Assembly: GCA_045535095.1 (NCBI GenBank)
Contig: JAZSKY010000042.1
Location: 23,668-87,667 of the forward strand
DNA: 64,000 bases
Origin: Eubacteriales bacterium
GTDB lineage: Bacteria > Bacillota > Clostridia > Oscillospirales > CAG-272
Direction: 5' to 3'
Of this stretch, positions 9,936-19,779 are shown in pieces. Both the position numbers and the translations under genes were made by a program. The notes below the pieces were generated by a model, which was given only the letters and a program-made list of their open reading frames with translations, was not told where the DNA came from and did not search any database. Position 1 is the first letter of the stretch. Every line of letters starts with the position of its first letter.

Positions 9936-10706
9936 ATGCCTAACGCATACGAGCTTTATTCATACCTCGATAAACTGATACCAAAGCACCTTTCGTGCGA
10001 GTGGGATAACGACGGAATGATGGTCTGCCCCGATAAGTACGCAGAGGTAGAGAAGGTTCTTCTCACCCTCGATATAACCGCAGAGGCGGTCGAGTACGCC
10101 ATTTCGGAGGGCTTTGATACTATAATTTCGCATCACCCCCTTATATTCAGACCCCTCGGCGCGATAAACGGAGAGGATCACGTCTCCTCGAAGGTGATCT
10201 CGCTCGTAAAAGGCTCTGTAAACGCATTTTCCTTCCATACCCGTCTTGATGCGCTTGACGGCGGAGTCAACGATACTCTTGCCGATCTTCTCGGCATCGA
10301 GGACGTTGAGATCCTCCCCGGCGACAGCGATATGATAGGCAGAATAGGAAACCTCAGAGAGCCTATGAGCCCCGAGGACTTTGCAAGACTCGTCAAGGAT
10401 CAGCTCGGCGCACCGAGTGTAAATCTTATCGACGCACAGCTTGACGTGTCGAGAGTCGCACTTTGCGGAGGTGACGGAAAGAGTCTCCTTTATACGGCAT
10501 TTAAGTCGGGAGCGGATACCTTCATTACGGGAAACGCATCATATAACTCAATGATAGACGCGCTCGAATATCCGATAAACGTTATCGAGGCGGGGCATTT
10601 CTACACCGAAAATCAGGTGCTTGGCTTCCTTGCCGATATGATCGAGGAGTTCGATAGTAATATCGAGATCGAAATATTCGAGAGTAACGCGATAAAAACA
10701 CTTTAA
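9936..10706 (+). CDS. Nif3-like dinuclear metal centre protein
   Basis: 256 aa with the NIF3 pattern (DTIISHHPLIF ... IEAGHFYTE). Confidence 0.85.
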   Translation: MPNAYELYSYLDKLIPKHLSCEWDNDGMMVCPDKYAEVEKVLLTLDITAEAVEYAISEGFDTIISHHPLIFRPLGAINGEDHVSSKVISLVKGSVNAFSFHTRLDALDGGVNDTLADLLGIEDVEILPGDSDMIGRIGNLREPMSPEDFARLVKDQLGAPSVNLIDAQLDVSRVALCGGDGKSLLYTAFKSGADTFITGNASYNSMIDALEYPINVIEAGHFYTENQVLGFLADMIEEFDSNIEIEIFESNAIKTL

Positions 10707-10788
10707 AAAACGAAAATAAGAGCAGATTTTCTGCCAAAACTAAAAATACTGCATAGTCTGTAAAAGAGCAGAATAACGGAGGTTAATT

Positions 10789-11895
10789 TTGATAATCCAG
10801 CTTGAAGAATCACTGCAGAAGCTTCGCGCCATGAAGGACGATATGGCAGAGCTTGCGCAGGCACTCAAAATAAGCGAACACGAAAAAACTGTCGAGGAGC
10901 TTGAGAAAAAGACTCTCGAGGAGGGCTTCTGGAACGATCAGGCGAACTCGGGAAAGATACTTCAGCGCCTTAAGCAGTCAAGAGATAAGGTCGAGCAGTT
11001 TGCCGCTCTCAGCGCAAAGATCGAGGACACGATGTCCCTTGCCGAGCTTGCTATCGAGGAGGACGACGCCTCCTTTGCCGACGAGGTCGTTTCCGAAACC
11101 GAGAAGATCGGTCAGGAAATGGAGACCGAGCGTATTGCCGCGCTCCTTTCGGGCGAGTACGATGCAAATAACGCCATCCTCTCCTTCCACCCGGGCGCAG
11201 GCGGTACCGAGGCGCAGGACTGGGCGCTTATGCTTTACAGAATGTACACCCGTTGGGGCGAAAAGCACGGATATAACGTCAAGCTTATAGATATGCTCGA
11301 CGGCGAAGCGGCAGGAATCAAGAGCGCGACCATTATGATCGAGGGACTCAACGCTTACGGATATTTGAAGAGCGAAAACGGAGTTCACCGCCTCGTTCGT
11401 ATATCTCCCTTTGATGCTTCGGGCAGACGTCAGACCTCTTTTGCATCTGTCGAGGTAATGCCCGAGTTTACAGACGACGGCACTATCGAGATCCGCGACG
11501 AGGATATCGAGGTGACCGCACACCGCTCAAGCGGTGCGGGTGGACAGCACGTCAATAAGACCGACAGTGCTATCCGTATTCTCCATATTCCTACCGGAAT
11601 CGTAGTCGGATGTCAGACCGAGCGAAGCCAGCTTCAGAATAAGGAAACCGCAATGAAGATGCTTCGCAGTAAGCTTATGGAGATAAAGGAAAGGGAACAC
11701 CTCGAGAGAATCGAGGATATTCAGGGCAATAAGACCAATATCGAGTGGGGCGCGCAGATCCGTTCCTACGTCTTTATGCCTTACACCCTCGCAAAGGATA
11801 CCCGTACAGGCTTTGAAAACGGAAACATTCAGGCGGTAATGGACGGCGATATCGACGGATTCATTAACGCATATCTCAAAATGAACGCGAAATAA
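10789..11895 (+). CDS. prfB: Peptide chain release factor 2, encoded in a single frame
   Basis: SPF tripeptide (RISPFDASG) and GGQ (SGAGGQHVN) are both present. TTG start. There is no in-frame stop at the usual frameshift position. Confidence 0.9.
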   Translation: MIIQLEESLQKLRAMKDDMAELAQALKISEHEKTVEELEKKTLEEGFWNDQANSGKILQRLKQSRDKVEQFAALSAKIEDTMSLAELAIEEDDASFADEVVSETEKIGQEMETERIAALLSGEYDANNAILSFHPGAGGTEAQDWALMLYRMYTRWGEKHGYNVKLIDMLDGEAAGIKSATIMIEGLNAYGYLKSENGVHRLVRISPFDASGRRQTSFASVEVMPEFTDDGTIEIRDEDIEVTAHRSSGAGGQHVNKTDSAIRILHIPTGIVVGCQTERSQLQNKETAMKMLRSKLMEIKEREHLERIEDIQGNKTNIEWGAQIRSYVFMPYTLAKDTRTGFENGNIQAVMDGDIDGFINAYLKMNAK

Positions 11896-11934
11896 TCAAA
11901 ACTTATCATAAACAAACGAAAGGCGGAAAAAAGT

Positions 11935-12261
11935 ATGAAAAACTTTAAATTCCCGAAGATCCCGATCGAAAAGTCCAAATTCACGATAGCACTTATTTTG
12001 CTCGTGCAGTCGGCATCGTTTCTCATTATGTCGATAGTTCAGTGGAATAAGCGCAGAAGCCTTGCAGGAGCATTCCTCGCTATTGCCGCAATAAGCGGTA
12101 CTGTCGGCGGAATCCTCATGGCAAAGAGTGCTGATAAGGAAAAGAAGCGTCTTACCGTTATCGACTCTCTCTGCGGAGACTATCTCGATGAGGATATGTT
12201 CACCGAGGGCTTTGACGTTCCCGTTGAAGACGAGATCGACGAGGCAGAATTTCCTTTCTAA
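11935..12261 (+). CDS. Hypothetical small membrane protein
   Basis: 108 aa with two hydrophobic segments and an acidic tail. Confidence 0.55.
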   Translation: MKNFKFPKIPIEKSKFTIALILLVQSASFLIMSIVQWNKRRSLAGAFLAIAAISGTVGGILMAKSADKEKKRLTVIDSLCGDYLDEDMFTEGFDVPVEDEIDEAEFPF

Positions 12262-12289
12262 AAAGTAAAATAAAATTTCGGAGGTAGTT

Positions 12290-14251
12290 ATGAAAAAGCT
12301 TACACTGAAAGCACTCGCGCTCTTAATGGCGCTTGTTATGGCACTTTCCTTTGCACTCGTCGGATGTACGGACGATGCAGAAATCGATGATGACGATGAC
12401 GACGGCGGCAAAAAGCCTTCGTCAAGCATTACCCTGACTAAGGAAAACGCTGAGGAAAATATTCTCGCGGCGTATGAAAAGCTCTCGGGTGCCAAGTATT
12501 TTGAAGGCACGAGCACACTCTATCACTCACAGAACGGCGAAGCGAGCGAGATGACCGTATCGGTGTCCGCACAAAAGGACGGCGAAAATTATAAGGTCAT
12601 CAAAGAGACCAAGGCTAAAGCAGAAGATGGCGAAGAAAACGATGAATATACCGAGCGCACCTATGTGACCGGTGATACCGTTTTCACCACCGATCCGTCC
12701 TATAACGGAAGCGGAGAGCTTTTCGTTTACGGTAAGCCTGTGGATACACAGTTCGTTGTAAATCTTTTGACCGACGAGCTCTTTATGCTTCCTTTCGCAA
12801 CGACGGTAAAGAATTTCTGTGCAAAGGATTTTAAAGTAAACAAAGAGGATAACGTTTACACGCTTTCTCTCGAGCTTAAGATCTACGAGGAGGCGATAAA
12901 GCTCTTCGTAAGCGATGAATACGATGCCGATGAATACGGAGCGTATGACAGCTTCAGCGGAGAAGTAAACATTTTAGTAAATAAAAAGGGCGAATTTATC
13001 GGATTTTCCATTGATATGGAATTTTCCGCGCAGGGAATGACCTTTGTATCGAAGATCGCTACCTCGATAGATAATATCAACGAGGAAAAAACGGTCAGCG
13101 AGCCCGAGTGGTACACAAATAAATCGCTTAACTGGGGCGATGAGGTTTACGAAATGCGCGACGACGTGACGTATAAGTACACTGTCGATAAGTACGGCAG
13201 TCTTTCGTTCGACGGCGCATTCTATGATCAGAATTACGAGATCGAGTCTGTTGAGTGTTACAGAGTCCGTACCTCTCTTGCGGGAATCCCCGTTACAACT
13301 GTCGGCTCTCACGGATATCTTGAGATCACAAATCTTATAATTCCCGACGGAATCACCTTCGATCTCGGATATAACGATCCCGACTGCACCATCTTCTTCG
13401 AGGGTGACTGCGATATCGATTTCGATCTTACCTCTCTTTATTTCGACGTAAAGGGAATATATGATGAAGGCAGCTGGGAGACACTTGACGGGCTTCCCGT
13501 AGTCAAGGAAGGCGCAAAACCCGTATATCCGAACGTCGGCGGCGAGGATCCCGACATCGGCGGCGACCCCGACATCGGCGGCGACCCCGATATTGGCGGA
13601 GATAATAATCCTACGCTCGATAGCGAAAGCGAAAAATTCGTCGGTACATGGGTAACCGATTTCGATTTCACCGAGTTCTTCAACGAAATTATGGACGAAA
13701 TGCTCGGCGAAATGTCGGTATATTTCAACTTTGACGATATTACTATCGCTTACATAATAGAGTTCTATGCAGACGGAACCTATCAGACCTATGCATATCA
13801 GGATAGTATAGATGAGCTTGCAGAGAGCTTGAAAAACATTATGAAGGCAGGTCTTACCGACTACATCAATTCTATGGCATCTCAGGCAGGCTATCCTTCG
13901 GGAGACGCTATGTGCCAGGCTGAAATGGGAATGAGCCTTGAAGATTACGTAAACACGGCAGCAGCCGAGCTTGACTTCTCGGCAACCTTCCCGATAGACG
14001 ATACCAAAACGTCCGGACGCTATAAGGCAGAGGACGGAAAGCTCTATCTCGCAGAGGGAACTAACGATTTCTCGTCCACCAACTATACTCCTTACGAGTT
14101 TATAAACGATTACACCTTCGAAATGCGTCTCCCCGAGAGCTTTAACGAAGATAATCTCGGTGATTTTGACGAGGATACGGAGGCGCTCTACGATTTGATA
14201 GTAGATATGTTCCCGCTTGTTTTCGGTTACGTAGATAATATATGTAGATAA
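12290..14251 (+). CDS. Hypothetical lipoprotein
   Basis: Signal peptide with lipobox FALVGC, an acidic linker (DDDDDD) and a GGAGG RBS. I recognise no family. Confidence 0.75.
   Translation: MKKLTLKALALLMALVMALSFALVGCTDDAEIDDDDDDGGKKPSSSITLTKENAEENILAAYEKLSGAKYFEGTSTLYHSQNGEASEMTVSVSAQKDGENYKVIKETKAKAEDGEENDEYTERTYVTGDTVFTTDPSYNGSGELFVYGKPVDTQFVVNLLTDELFMLPFATTVKNFCAKDFKVNKEDNVYTLSLELKIYEEAIKLFVSDEYDADEYGAYDSFSGEVNILVNKKGEFIGFSIDMEFSAQGMTFVSKIATSIDNINEEKTVSEPEWYTNKSLNWGDEVYEMRDDVTYKYTVDKYGSLSFDGAFYDQNYEIESVECYRVRTSLAGIPVTTVGSHGYLEITNLIIPDGITFDLGYNDPDCTIFFEGDCDIDFDLTSLYFDVKGIYDEGSWETLDGLPVVKEGAKPVYPNVGGEDPDIGGDPDIGGDPDIGGDNNPTLDSESEKFVGTWVTDFDFTEFFNEIMDEMLGEMSVYFNFDDITIAYIIEFYADGTYQTYAYQDSIDELAESLKNIMKAGLTDYINSMASQAGYPSGDAMCQAEMGMSLEDYVNTAAAELDFSATFPIDDTKTSGRYKAEDGKLYLAEGTNDFSSTNYTPYEFINDYTFEMRLPESFNEDNLGDFDEDTEALYDLIVDMFPLVFGYVDNICR
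13538..13603 (+). repeat. In-frame tandem repeat encoding GGEDPDI-GGDPDI-GGDPDI-GGD
   Basis: ggcggcgaccccgacatc is repeated head to tail, with a 21-nt variant first. Confidence 0.9.
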
Positions 14252-14261
14252 TATATAAAAC

Positions 14262-14297
14262 AAAAAAGTTGAGTTCGATTCGAACTCAACTTTTTAT
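14262..14297. terminator. Bidirectional terminator between convergent genes
   Basis: Stem agttgagttcg / cgaactcaact with flanking A- and T-runs. Confidence 0.85.
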
Positions 14298-14668
14298 TTT
14301 TTTATCTTTTCAAATGCGTGACGCTTTATCGCCTCAAACGACGTGTCGCTTATGGCATGCTCAAGCTTGCAAGCGTCCTCGGACGCAGTCTTTTCGTCAA
14401 CACCGATAGAGGTGAGAAAACGCGTTAGCAGGGTGTGCCTTTCGTATATCTTCTCGGCAACCTCGCGTCCTGCATCGGTAAGAGTGATAAGACCTTCCTT
14501 GTCAACCGTGATGTAGCCGCCGTTTTTGAGAAGTCCGACCGCACGGCTGACGCTCGGCTTCGAGTATCCGAGATGCTCGCTCACGTCAATCGAGCGCACC
14601 TCGCCTTTTTCAACAGAGAGAACGTGTATCGCCTCGAGATACATTTCTCCCGATTCCTGTAAACGCAA
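14294..14668 (-). CDS. DtxR/MntR family metal-dependent transcriptional repressor
   Basis: ESGEMYLEAI...SVSRAVGLLKNGGYI is a winged-helix region, followed by a dimerisation domain. TTG start with a GGAGG RBS. Confidence 0.85.
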   Translation of the reverse strand: MRLQESGEMYLEAIHVLSVEKGEVRSIDVSEHLGYSKPSVSRAVGLLKNGGYITVDKEGLITLTDAGREVAEKIYERHTLLTRFLTSIGVDEKTASEDACKLEHAISDTSFEAIKRHAFEKIKK

Positions 14669-14749
14669 AAGATCGCCTCCTTTTTTATCATTTTACCTAT
14701 TTTACCATATATTATCGTCTTTTTCAAGTGAATTTTCAAAATTTATAAT

Positions 14750-14787
14750 AAAAAAGCATCTGCAGACCTGTTGCAGATGCTTTTTTC
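14750..14787 (-). terminator. Terminator downstream of ackA
   Basis: Stem gcatctgca / tgcagatgc flanked by A6 and T6. Confidence 0.85.
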
Positions 14788-14801
14788 ATTTAATGTGTAA
14801 A

Positions 14802-16025
14802 TTAAAGAGCCGAAACGATAGCTGCGGTATCCTGTGCGATAACGAGCTCCTCGTTGGTGGGGATAAGGTAAACGTCAACCTTGGAGTCGTCGGTGGAGAG
14901 CTTGATGATCTCGGACTGACGAAGCGCCTTGTCGTTTACTTCCTTGTCGATCTTAACGCCGAAGAATTCCATATCCTCGCAAACCTTCTCACGGAGACGG
15001 GTGTTGTTTTCGCCGAGACCTGCGGTGAATACGATAGCGTCAAGTCCGCCCATAGCAGCGGTGTACGAGCCGATGTACTTCTTTATCTGATAGAAGAGAA
15101 TGCTGGTAGCGAGGTTTGCCTTCTCGTAAAGAGGATCGGAAGGACCGTTGGCAACAGCGTCCTCAAGGTCACGAGAGTCGGACTTGCCGGTGAGACCGAG
15201 GAAGCCGCACTTCTTGTTCATGTAGCTTGCAACCTCAGAGCCGCTCCAACCCTTCTTCTCCATAATGTAGGGAACGATAGCAGGGTCGATGGATCCGCAA
15301 CGGGTACCCATTTCAACGCCTTCAAGGGGAGTGAGACCCATCGAGGTGTCAACAACCTTGCCGCCGCGAACTGCGGAGATGGACGATCCGTTACCGATGT
15401 GGCAGGTAACGATCTTGGTGTCGCCGGTAACACCCTTCTTTGCGAGGATCTCGTTCATGATGCCTGCAACGAAGCGGTGAGAGGTTCCGTGTGCGCCGTA
15501 ACGGCGGATCTTGTAGTCCTCGTACATATCGTACGAAAGGGGATACATATAAGCCTTCTCGGGCATGGTCTGATGGAATGCGGTGTCGAATACGAGAACC
15601 TGAGGAGTCGTAGGCATAACAGCGGTGCATCCGTCAATACCCATAAGGTGTGCGGGAGTGTGGAGAGGTGCGAAATCATAGCAAAGCTTGAGCTTTTCGA
15701 TAACCTCGGGGGTTACGAGGCAGCTCTCGAAGAAGTAAGGTCCGCCGTGGACGACGCGGTGACCGATAGCCTCGATCTTGGATACGTCCTTGATGCAACC
15801 GATCTTCTCGTCGCAGAGAGTGTCAACAACGATCTTCATAGCGACAGAGTGGTTGGGCATATCGTACTGGCTCGAGTACTTTTCTCCGTTGATCTTGTGC
15901 TCGATAAGACTTCCGTCAATACCGATTCTTTCGCAAATACCTTTGCATTTTACGTCCCCGGACTGAGTATCAATAAGCTGATACTTGAGCGAGGAGCTTC
16001 CTGCGTTTACAACGAGTACGTTCAT
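14802..16025 (-). CDS. ackA: Acetate kinase
   Basis: MNVLVVNAGSSSLKYQL N-terminus. The start was trimmed to ATG 16025, which has a GGAGGA RBS. Confidence 0.95.
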   Translation of the reverse strand: MNVLVVNAGSSSLKYQLIDTQSGDVKCKGICERIGIDGSLIEHKINGEKYSSQYDMPNHSVAMKIVVDTLCDEKIGCIKDVSKIEAIGHRVVHGGPYFFESCLVTPEVIEKLKLCYDFAPLHTPAHLMGIDGCTAVMPTTPQVLVFDTAFHQTMPEKAYMYPLSYDMYEDYKIRRYGAHGTSHRFVAGIMNEILAKKGVTGDTKIVTCHIGNGSSISAVRGGKVVDTSMGLTPLEGVEMGTRCGSIDPAIVPYIMEKKGWSGSEVASYMNKKCGFLGLTGKSDSRDLEDAVANGPSDPLYEKANLATSILFYQIKKYIGSYTAAMGGLDAIVFTAGLGENNTRLREKVCEDMEFFGVKIDKEVNDKALRQSEIIKLSTDDSKVDVYLIPTNEELVIAQDTAAIVSAL

Positions 16026-16166
16026 TTTTTTCCTCCGATTGACAAATGAAAAATTTTGTGATAATATTAACAAAGAAGATTATATAACAAATCAATCAAA
16101 ATTTCAAGTGGATAAAGCGCAAAATATAACTTTATTTGAAAAATTTTACAAAAACGGGAAAAAACG

Positions 16167-17318
16167 ATGAAAAAAGTAGCAGTTATTTGTGAATTTAACC
16201 CTTTCCATAACGGGCATAAGATCCTTTTTGATAAGATAAGAGCATCTTTTGCGTCCGAGGAGGTCTGCATAGTCTGTATAATGAGCGGAAATTTCGTACA
16301 AAGGGGAACTCTTTCGGTGATGTCAAAATACCAAAGAGCATCTCTTTCCTGCGATATGGGAGCGGACGTTGTCCTTGAGCTTCCTTTTCCGTATAGCGCA
16401 TCCTTTGCGCAGTCCTTTGCAAGATCGTCCGTCTATATCGCAGATAGCCTTGGCGGTGTCGATTACCTCGCGTTCGGTAGTGAGTCCTTTGATAGTGAGG
16501 GCATCATAGAAGCCGCCGAAAAGCTCGCAAGCGACGAGTTTGAGAGCGCTCTCTCAAAGGCGCTTGCGGAGAACAAAAACACGTCAAAGCCGTATGCGGC
16601 TCTGCGTGAGGAGACCTTTGAAAAGCTCTATAAAAAGCCTCTCCCCGTAAAGCCGAACGATATTCTGGCGCTCGAATATATCTCGGCGCTGAATAAGCTT
16701 TCAAGCGAAATAAAGCCCCTTTTCATAAAGAGGGAAAAGGACTTTTCGGCAACCGAGAGCAGAAAGAATATTTTTGCGGAAGATGCCGATTCTCTCGGGA
16801 AAAATATCCCGTCCGAGATATATGAAAGGACTCTCGCCGCGCCCAAATTCACCCCCCATCTGCCCGATGCCGCGCTGATACTTTTCCTTGCGGACAAAGC
16901 CCCCGAAATTCTCGCAGAGTCACCCGAAATGAGCTTTGACCTCGCGTCAAGACTTGTGAACGCGGCAAAGAGCGGAAGGTATAGAAGGATCGACGATCTG
17001 CTTTCTGCGGTAGCGACCAAGAAATATACCGATGCGAGAATACGCCGTGCGCTGAATTTTGCCTTCTTCGGAGTAAAGAGGGAGGACCTCGAAAAAATGC
17101 CCGAATATACCACTCTTCTTGCAAGCAGTGATGCGGGAAGAAGGGCGCTCCGCACCTTCTCGAAAACGGCAAGAATAAATATTCTTGCAACCAAGGCGGC
17201 ACATAATAAGCTCTGCGGACTCGCAAAGGAGCAGTATCTCCTTTCCGAAAAGGCGGATAGAGCCTTCGCTCTCTGCGGCGAAATCGAGGAAGAAAATAAA
17301 CCGTACGTAAAAAAATAA
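16167..17318 (+). CDS. tmcAL: tRNA(Met) cytidine acetate ligase (YlbM/UPF0348 family)
   Basis: The N-terminus VAVICEFNPFHNGH is the family's nucleotidyltransferase signature. Confidence 0.8.
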   Translation: MKKVAVICEFNPFHNGHKILFDKIRASFASEEVCIVCIMSGNFVQRGTLSVMSKYQRASLSCDMGADVVLELPFPYSASFAQSFARSSVYIADSLGGVDYLAFGSESFDSEGIIEAAEKLASDEFESALSKALAENKNTSKPYAALREETFEKLYKKPLPVKPNDILALEYISALNKLSSEIKPLFIKREKDFSATESRKNIFAEDADSLGKNIPSEIYERTLAAPKFTPHLPDAALILFLADKAPEILAESPEMSFDLASRLVNAAKSGRYRRIDDLLSAVATKKYTDARIRRALNFAFFGVKREDLEKMPEYTTLLASSDAGRRALRTFSKTARINILATKAAHNKLCGLAKEQYLLSEKADRAFALCGEIEEENKPYVKK

Positions 17319-17405
17319 AATTTTTACAAAATCTCTTGATTAAATTGCTTTTTTATGCTATGATATACTAAATTACAACGAAAACACCCAGTGGAGGAAT
17401 ACAAA

Positions 17406-17723
17406 ATGGCAAACGAAATTACCGTAGAGGGAAAATACCTCGTATATAAAAACAAGCCCCTCGTAAGAGAAAATAACTTTATCTGCTACGGAGATATGAG
17501 AGATAAGTACGTCCTTTTCCTCATGCTCCTCGGCTCAAGAAAGCTCGACACCTCTGACCCTAACATCAAGGTCGAGATCCCCGAGAACATCGTCGGACAG
17601 ATCCTCAGCACCGACACCACGAAGCCGGTTTCCGAGAGAATGGTAGAGCAGTTCACCAAGAAGGATCTCTACGAGGCACTCGATTTCGGCATCATCCGTC
17701 TTGACAGACACAACAAAAAGTAA
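17406..17723 (+). CDS. Hypothetical protein
   Basis: 105 aa. The start was moved to ATG 17406, 8 nt after GGAGG. A TTGATT-17-TATGAT promoter lies upstream. Confidence 0.6.
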   Translation: MANEITVEGKYLVYKNKPLVRENNFICYGDMRDKYVLFLMLLGSRKLDTSDPNIKVEIPENIVGQILSTDTTKPVSERMVEQFTKKDLYEALDFGIIRLDRHNKK

Positions 17724-17824
17724 GATCCCTTTTGCAAAATACCTAAAAACACCTTTTTCAGACGCGTTTTAGATGTTATTTTATATAAAATATAAAAAAC
17801 TCCTAACTTTTTTGAGGAAAACTA

Positions 17825-17852
17825 TTGCAATTTTTGAAAAAAGTGTTATAAT
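17825..17852 (+). promoter_or_regulatory. Promoter of the rimP-nusA-infB operon
   Basis: TTGCAA (17825-17830), a 16-nt spacer, then an extended -10 TGtTATAAT (17844-17852). Confidence 0.7.
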
Positions 17853-17877
17853 AGGTACAGTTAGATCGTGTATGGTT

Positions 17878-17908
17878 GGAAGAGTGTGAAAGCACTCTTC
17901 CGATTTTT
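17878..17908 (+). terminator. Intrinsic terminator/attenuator in the rimP-nusA leader
   Basis: 9-bp stem ggaagagtg / cactcttcc with a 6-nt loop, then gattttt. It lies between the promoter and the rimP RBS. Confidence 0.7.
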
Positions 17909-17931
17909 ATGAATACGGAGGTTTACACGCT

Positions 17932-18405
17932 TTGGCAAAGAATGATAACAAAACGGCAGTAAAGGTAAGAGAAATTCTCGAGGCTCCCATCAACTCTATC
18001 GGATACGAGGTATGGGATACCGAGTTCGTAAAGGAAGGCTCCGAGTGGTTTCTCAGAATCACTATTGACAGTGAAAACGGAATCGACATTAACGACTGCG
18101 AAAAGGTACACCGCTTCATAGATCCGCTTCTCGACGAGGCAGATCCTATTGAAAACGCATACCACCTTGAGGTCTCCTCTCCCGGACTTGAAAGAAACAT
18201 CCGCACGAGAGAGCATTTTCTCAAATCGGTAGGCGAAAAGGTCGAGATAAAGCTCTTTGCACCGAAAAACGGAGCAAAGCAGTTTGTGGGAATCCTCTCC
18301 ACCGACGAAAACGCAGACAAAATATTTATCGAAGTAAACGGCGAAAAGCTTGAGTTTGCAAGAGCAGATATCTCAAAGGCAAGCACCGTCTTCGATTTTG
18401 AATAA
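17932..18405 (+). CDS. rimP: Ribosome maturation factor RimP
   Basis: 157 aa containing LEVSSPGLER. TTG start with a GGAGG RBS. Located upstream of nusA. Confidence 0.9.
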   Translation: MAKNDNKTAVKVREILEAPINSIGYEVWDTEFVKEGSEWFLRITIDSENGIDINDCEKVHRFIDPLLDEADPIENAYHLEVSSPGLERNIRTREHFLKSVGEKVEIKLFAPKNGAKQFVGILSTDENADKIFIEVNGEKLEFARADISKASTVFDFE

Positions 18406-18449
18406 GATTATAAAAATAAAAGATAAATAACGAAAGGTCAGTCAGAAAA

Positions 18450-19487
18450 ATGAATGCAGAGTTTTTCAAATCTCTCGAGCTGCTTGCAGCCGAAAAGGGA
18501 ATCCCCCAGGAGTATATGATGGAAAAGGTCGAGGCGGCACTCACAAGCGCATACAAGCGTGAGTTCGCAGGCAACAGCAACGTAAGAGTTGTTATCGACC
18601 CCGTAAAGAAGGATCTTAAAATGTATCAGGTCCGCGAAGTCGTCGCAAACGATTTTGAAGAGTACGACGAGCTTCTTCACATTCGCCTTGACGAGGCGAA
18701 GGCTCTCAGCAGACGCCACACTCTCGGCGGCGTAGTTGAGACCGAGATCAAGACAAAGAACGTAAGACGTCTTTCGGCACAGACCGGAAAGCAGGTCATC
18801 ATTCAGGGCATCAGAGAAGCAGAGCGCGGAATGATGATAAAGGAATACGAGGATAAGAAGGAAGAGATCATCACCGCAACCGTTCAGAGAATCGATCCCC
18901 AGAACGGAAACGTGCTTCTTGACACCGGCACGAGCATTGCAACTCTTATCAAGAGCGAGCAGATTCCCGGCGAGATGTTCGCAGTCGGCGATCACGTAAA
19001 GGTATTCGTTACCGAGGTAAGCAAGGATTCTATGAGAGGACCTATCGTAACCCTTTCGAGAACCCACTCGCACATGGTCAAGAGAATGTTCGAAAACGAC
19101 GTTCCCGAAATTCAGGACGGCACGGTAGTTATCAAGGCTATCACCCGTGAGGCAGGCTCGAGAGTCAAGATGGCAGTTATGTCGAGAGACGAGTCGGTAG
19201 ATCCGGTAGGAGCTTGTATCGGTCAGCACGGATCGAGAATCCAGAACATCGTAAACGAGCTTCACGGCGAGAAGATCGACATTATCAGATATAGCGAAAC
19301 TCCCGAGGAGTTCATCGCAAGCGCACTTGCACCCGCAAGCGTCAAAGAGGTCGTTATCGACGGAGAGAAGATCTGCCACGTTATCGTTGACAGCGATCAG
19401 CTCTCGCTCGCAATCGGTAAGGCAGGACAGAACGCCCGCCTTGCTGCAAGACTTACAGGCTATAAGATCGACATTCGTACCGAATAA
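18450..19487 (+). CDS. nusA: Transcription termination/antitermination factor NusA
   Basis: S1 and KH domains are recognisable (GACIGQHGSRIQNIVNEL, LAIGKAGQNARLAARLTG). Confidence 0.95.
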   Translation: MNAEFFKSLELLAAEKGIPQEYMMEKVEAALTSAYKREFAGNSNVRVVIDPVKKDLKMYQVREVVANDFEEYDELLHIRLDEAKALSRRHTLGGVVETEIKTKNVRRLSAQTGKQVIIQGIREAERGMMIKEYEDKKEEIITATVQRIDPQNGNVLLDTGTSIATLIKSEQIPGEMFAVGDHVKVFVTEVSKDSMRGPIVTLSRTHSHMVKRMFENDVPEIQDGTVVIKAITREAGSRVKMAVMSRDESVDPVGACIGQHGSRIQNIVNELHGEKIDIIRYSETPEEFIASALAPASVKEVVIDGEKICHVIVDSDQLSLAIGKAGQNARLAARLTGYKIDIRTE

Positions 19488-19503
19488 TTAAGGCGGTGTT
19501 AAA

Positions 19504-19779
19504 ATGCCGATGAAGGAAAAAAAGATACCGAGCAGAAAATGCCTCGGTTGTATGCAGTCCTTTCCGAAGAAAGACTTGATACGCCTCGTGCGTTCACCCG
19601 AAGGAGAGCTTTCGCTCGATTTTACGGGTAAAAAGTCGGGAAGAGGAGCATATATCTGTAACAGTAAGAGCTGTTTTGCCAAAGCAAAAAAGGCAAAGCG
19701 CTTTGAAAAAAATCTTGAATGTCAGATTCCCGAGGAGATATATCTCTCGCTCGAGGAAAGCTTGGAGACAAATGGATAA
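19504..19779 (+). CDS. ylxR: YlxR/RnpM family (DUF448) RNA-binding protein
   Basis: Contains RKCLGC...KKDLIRLV...GRGAYIC. Confidence 0.85.
   Translation: MPMKEKKIPSRKCLGCMQSFPKKDLIRLVRSPEGELSLDFTGKKSGRGAYICNSKSCFAKAKKAKRFEKNLECQIPEEIYLSLEESLETNG

Noticed and set aside
12974-14263. 429-aa minus-strand ORF
   Set aside because: It is antisense to the lipoprotein gene, which has a proper signal peptide, lipobox and RBS.
14526-16049. 507-aa plus-strand ORF
   Set aside because: It is antisense to ackA and to the DtxR-family gene.
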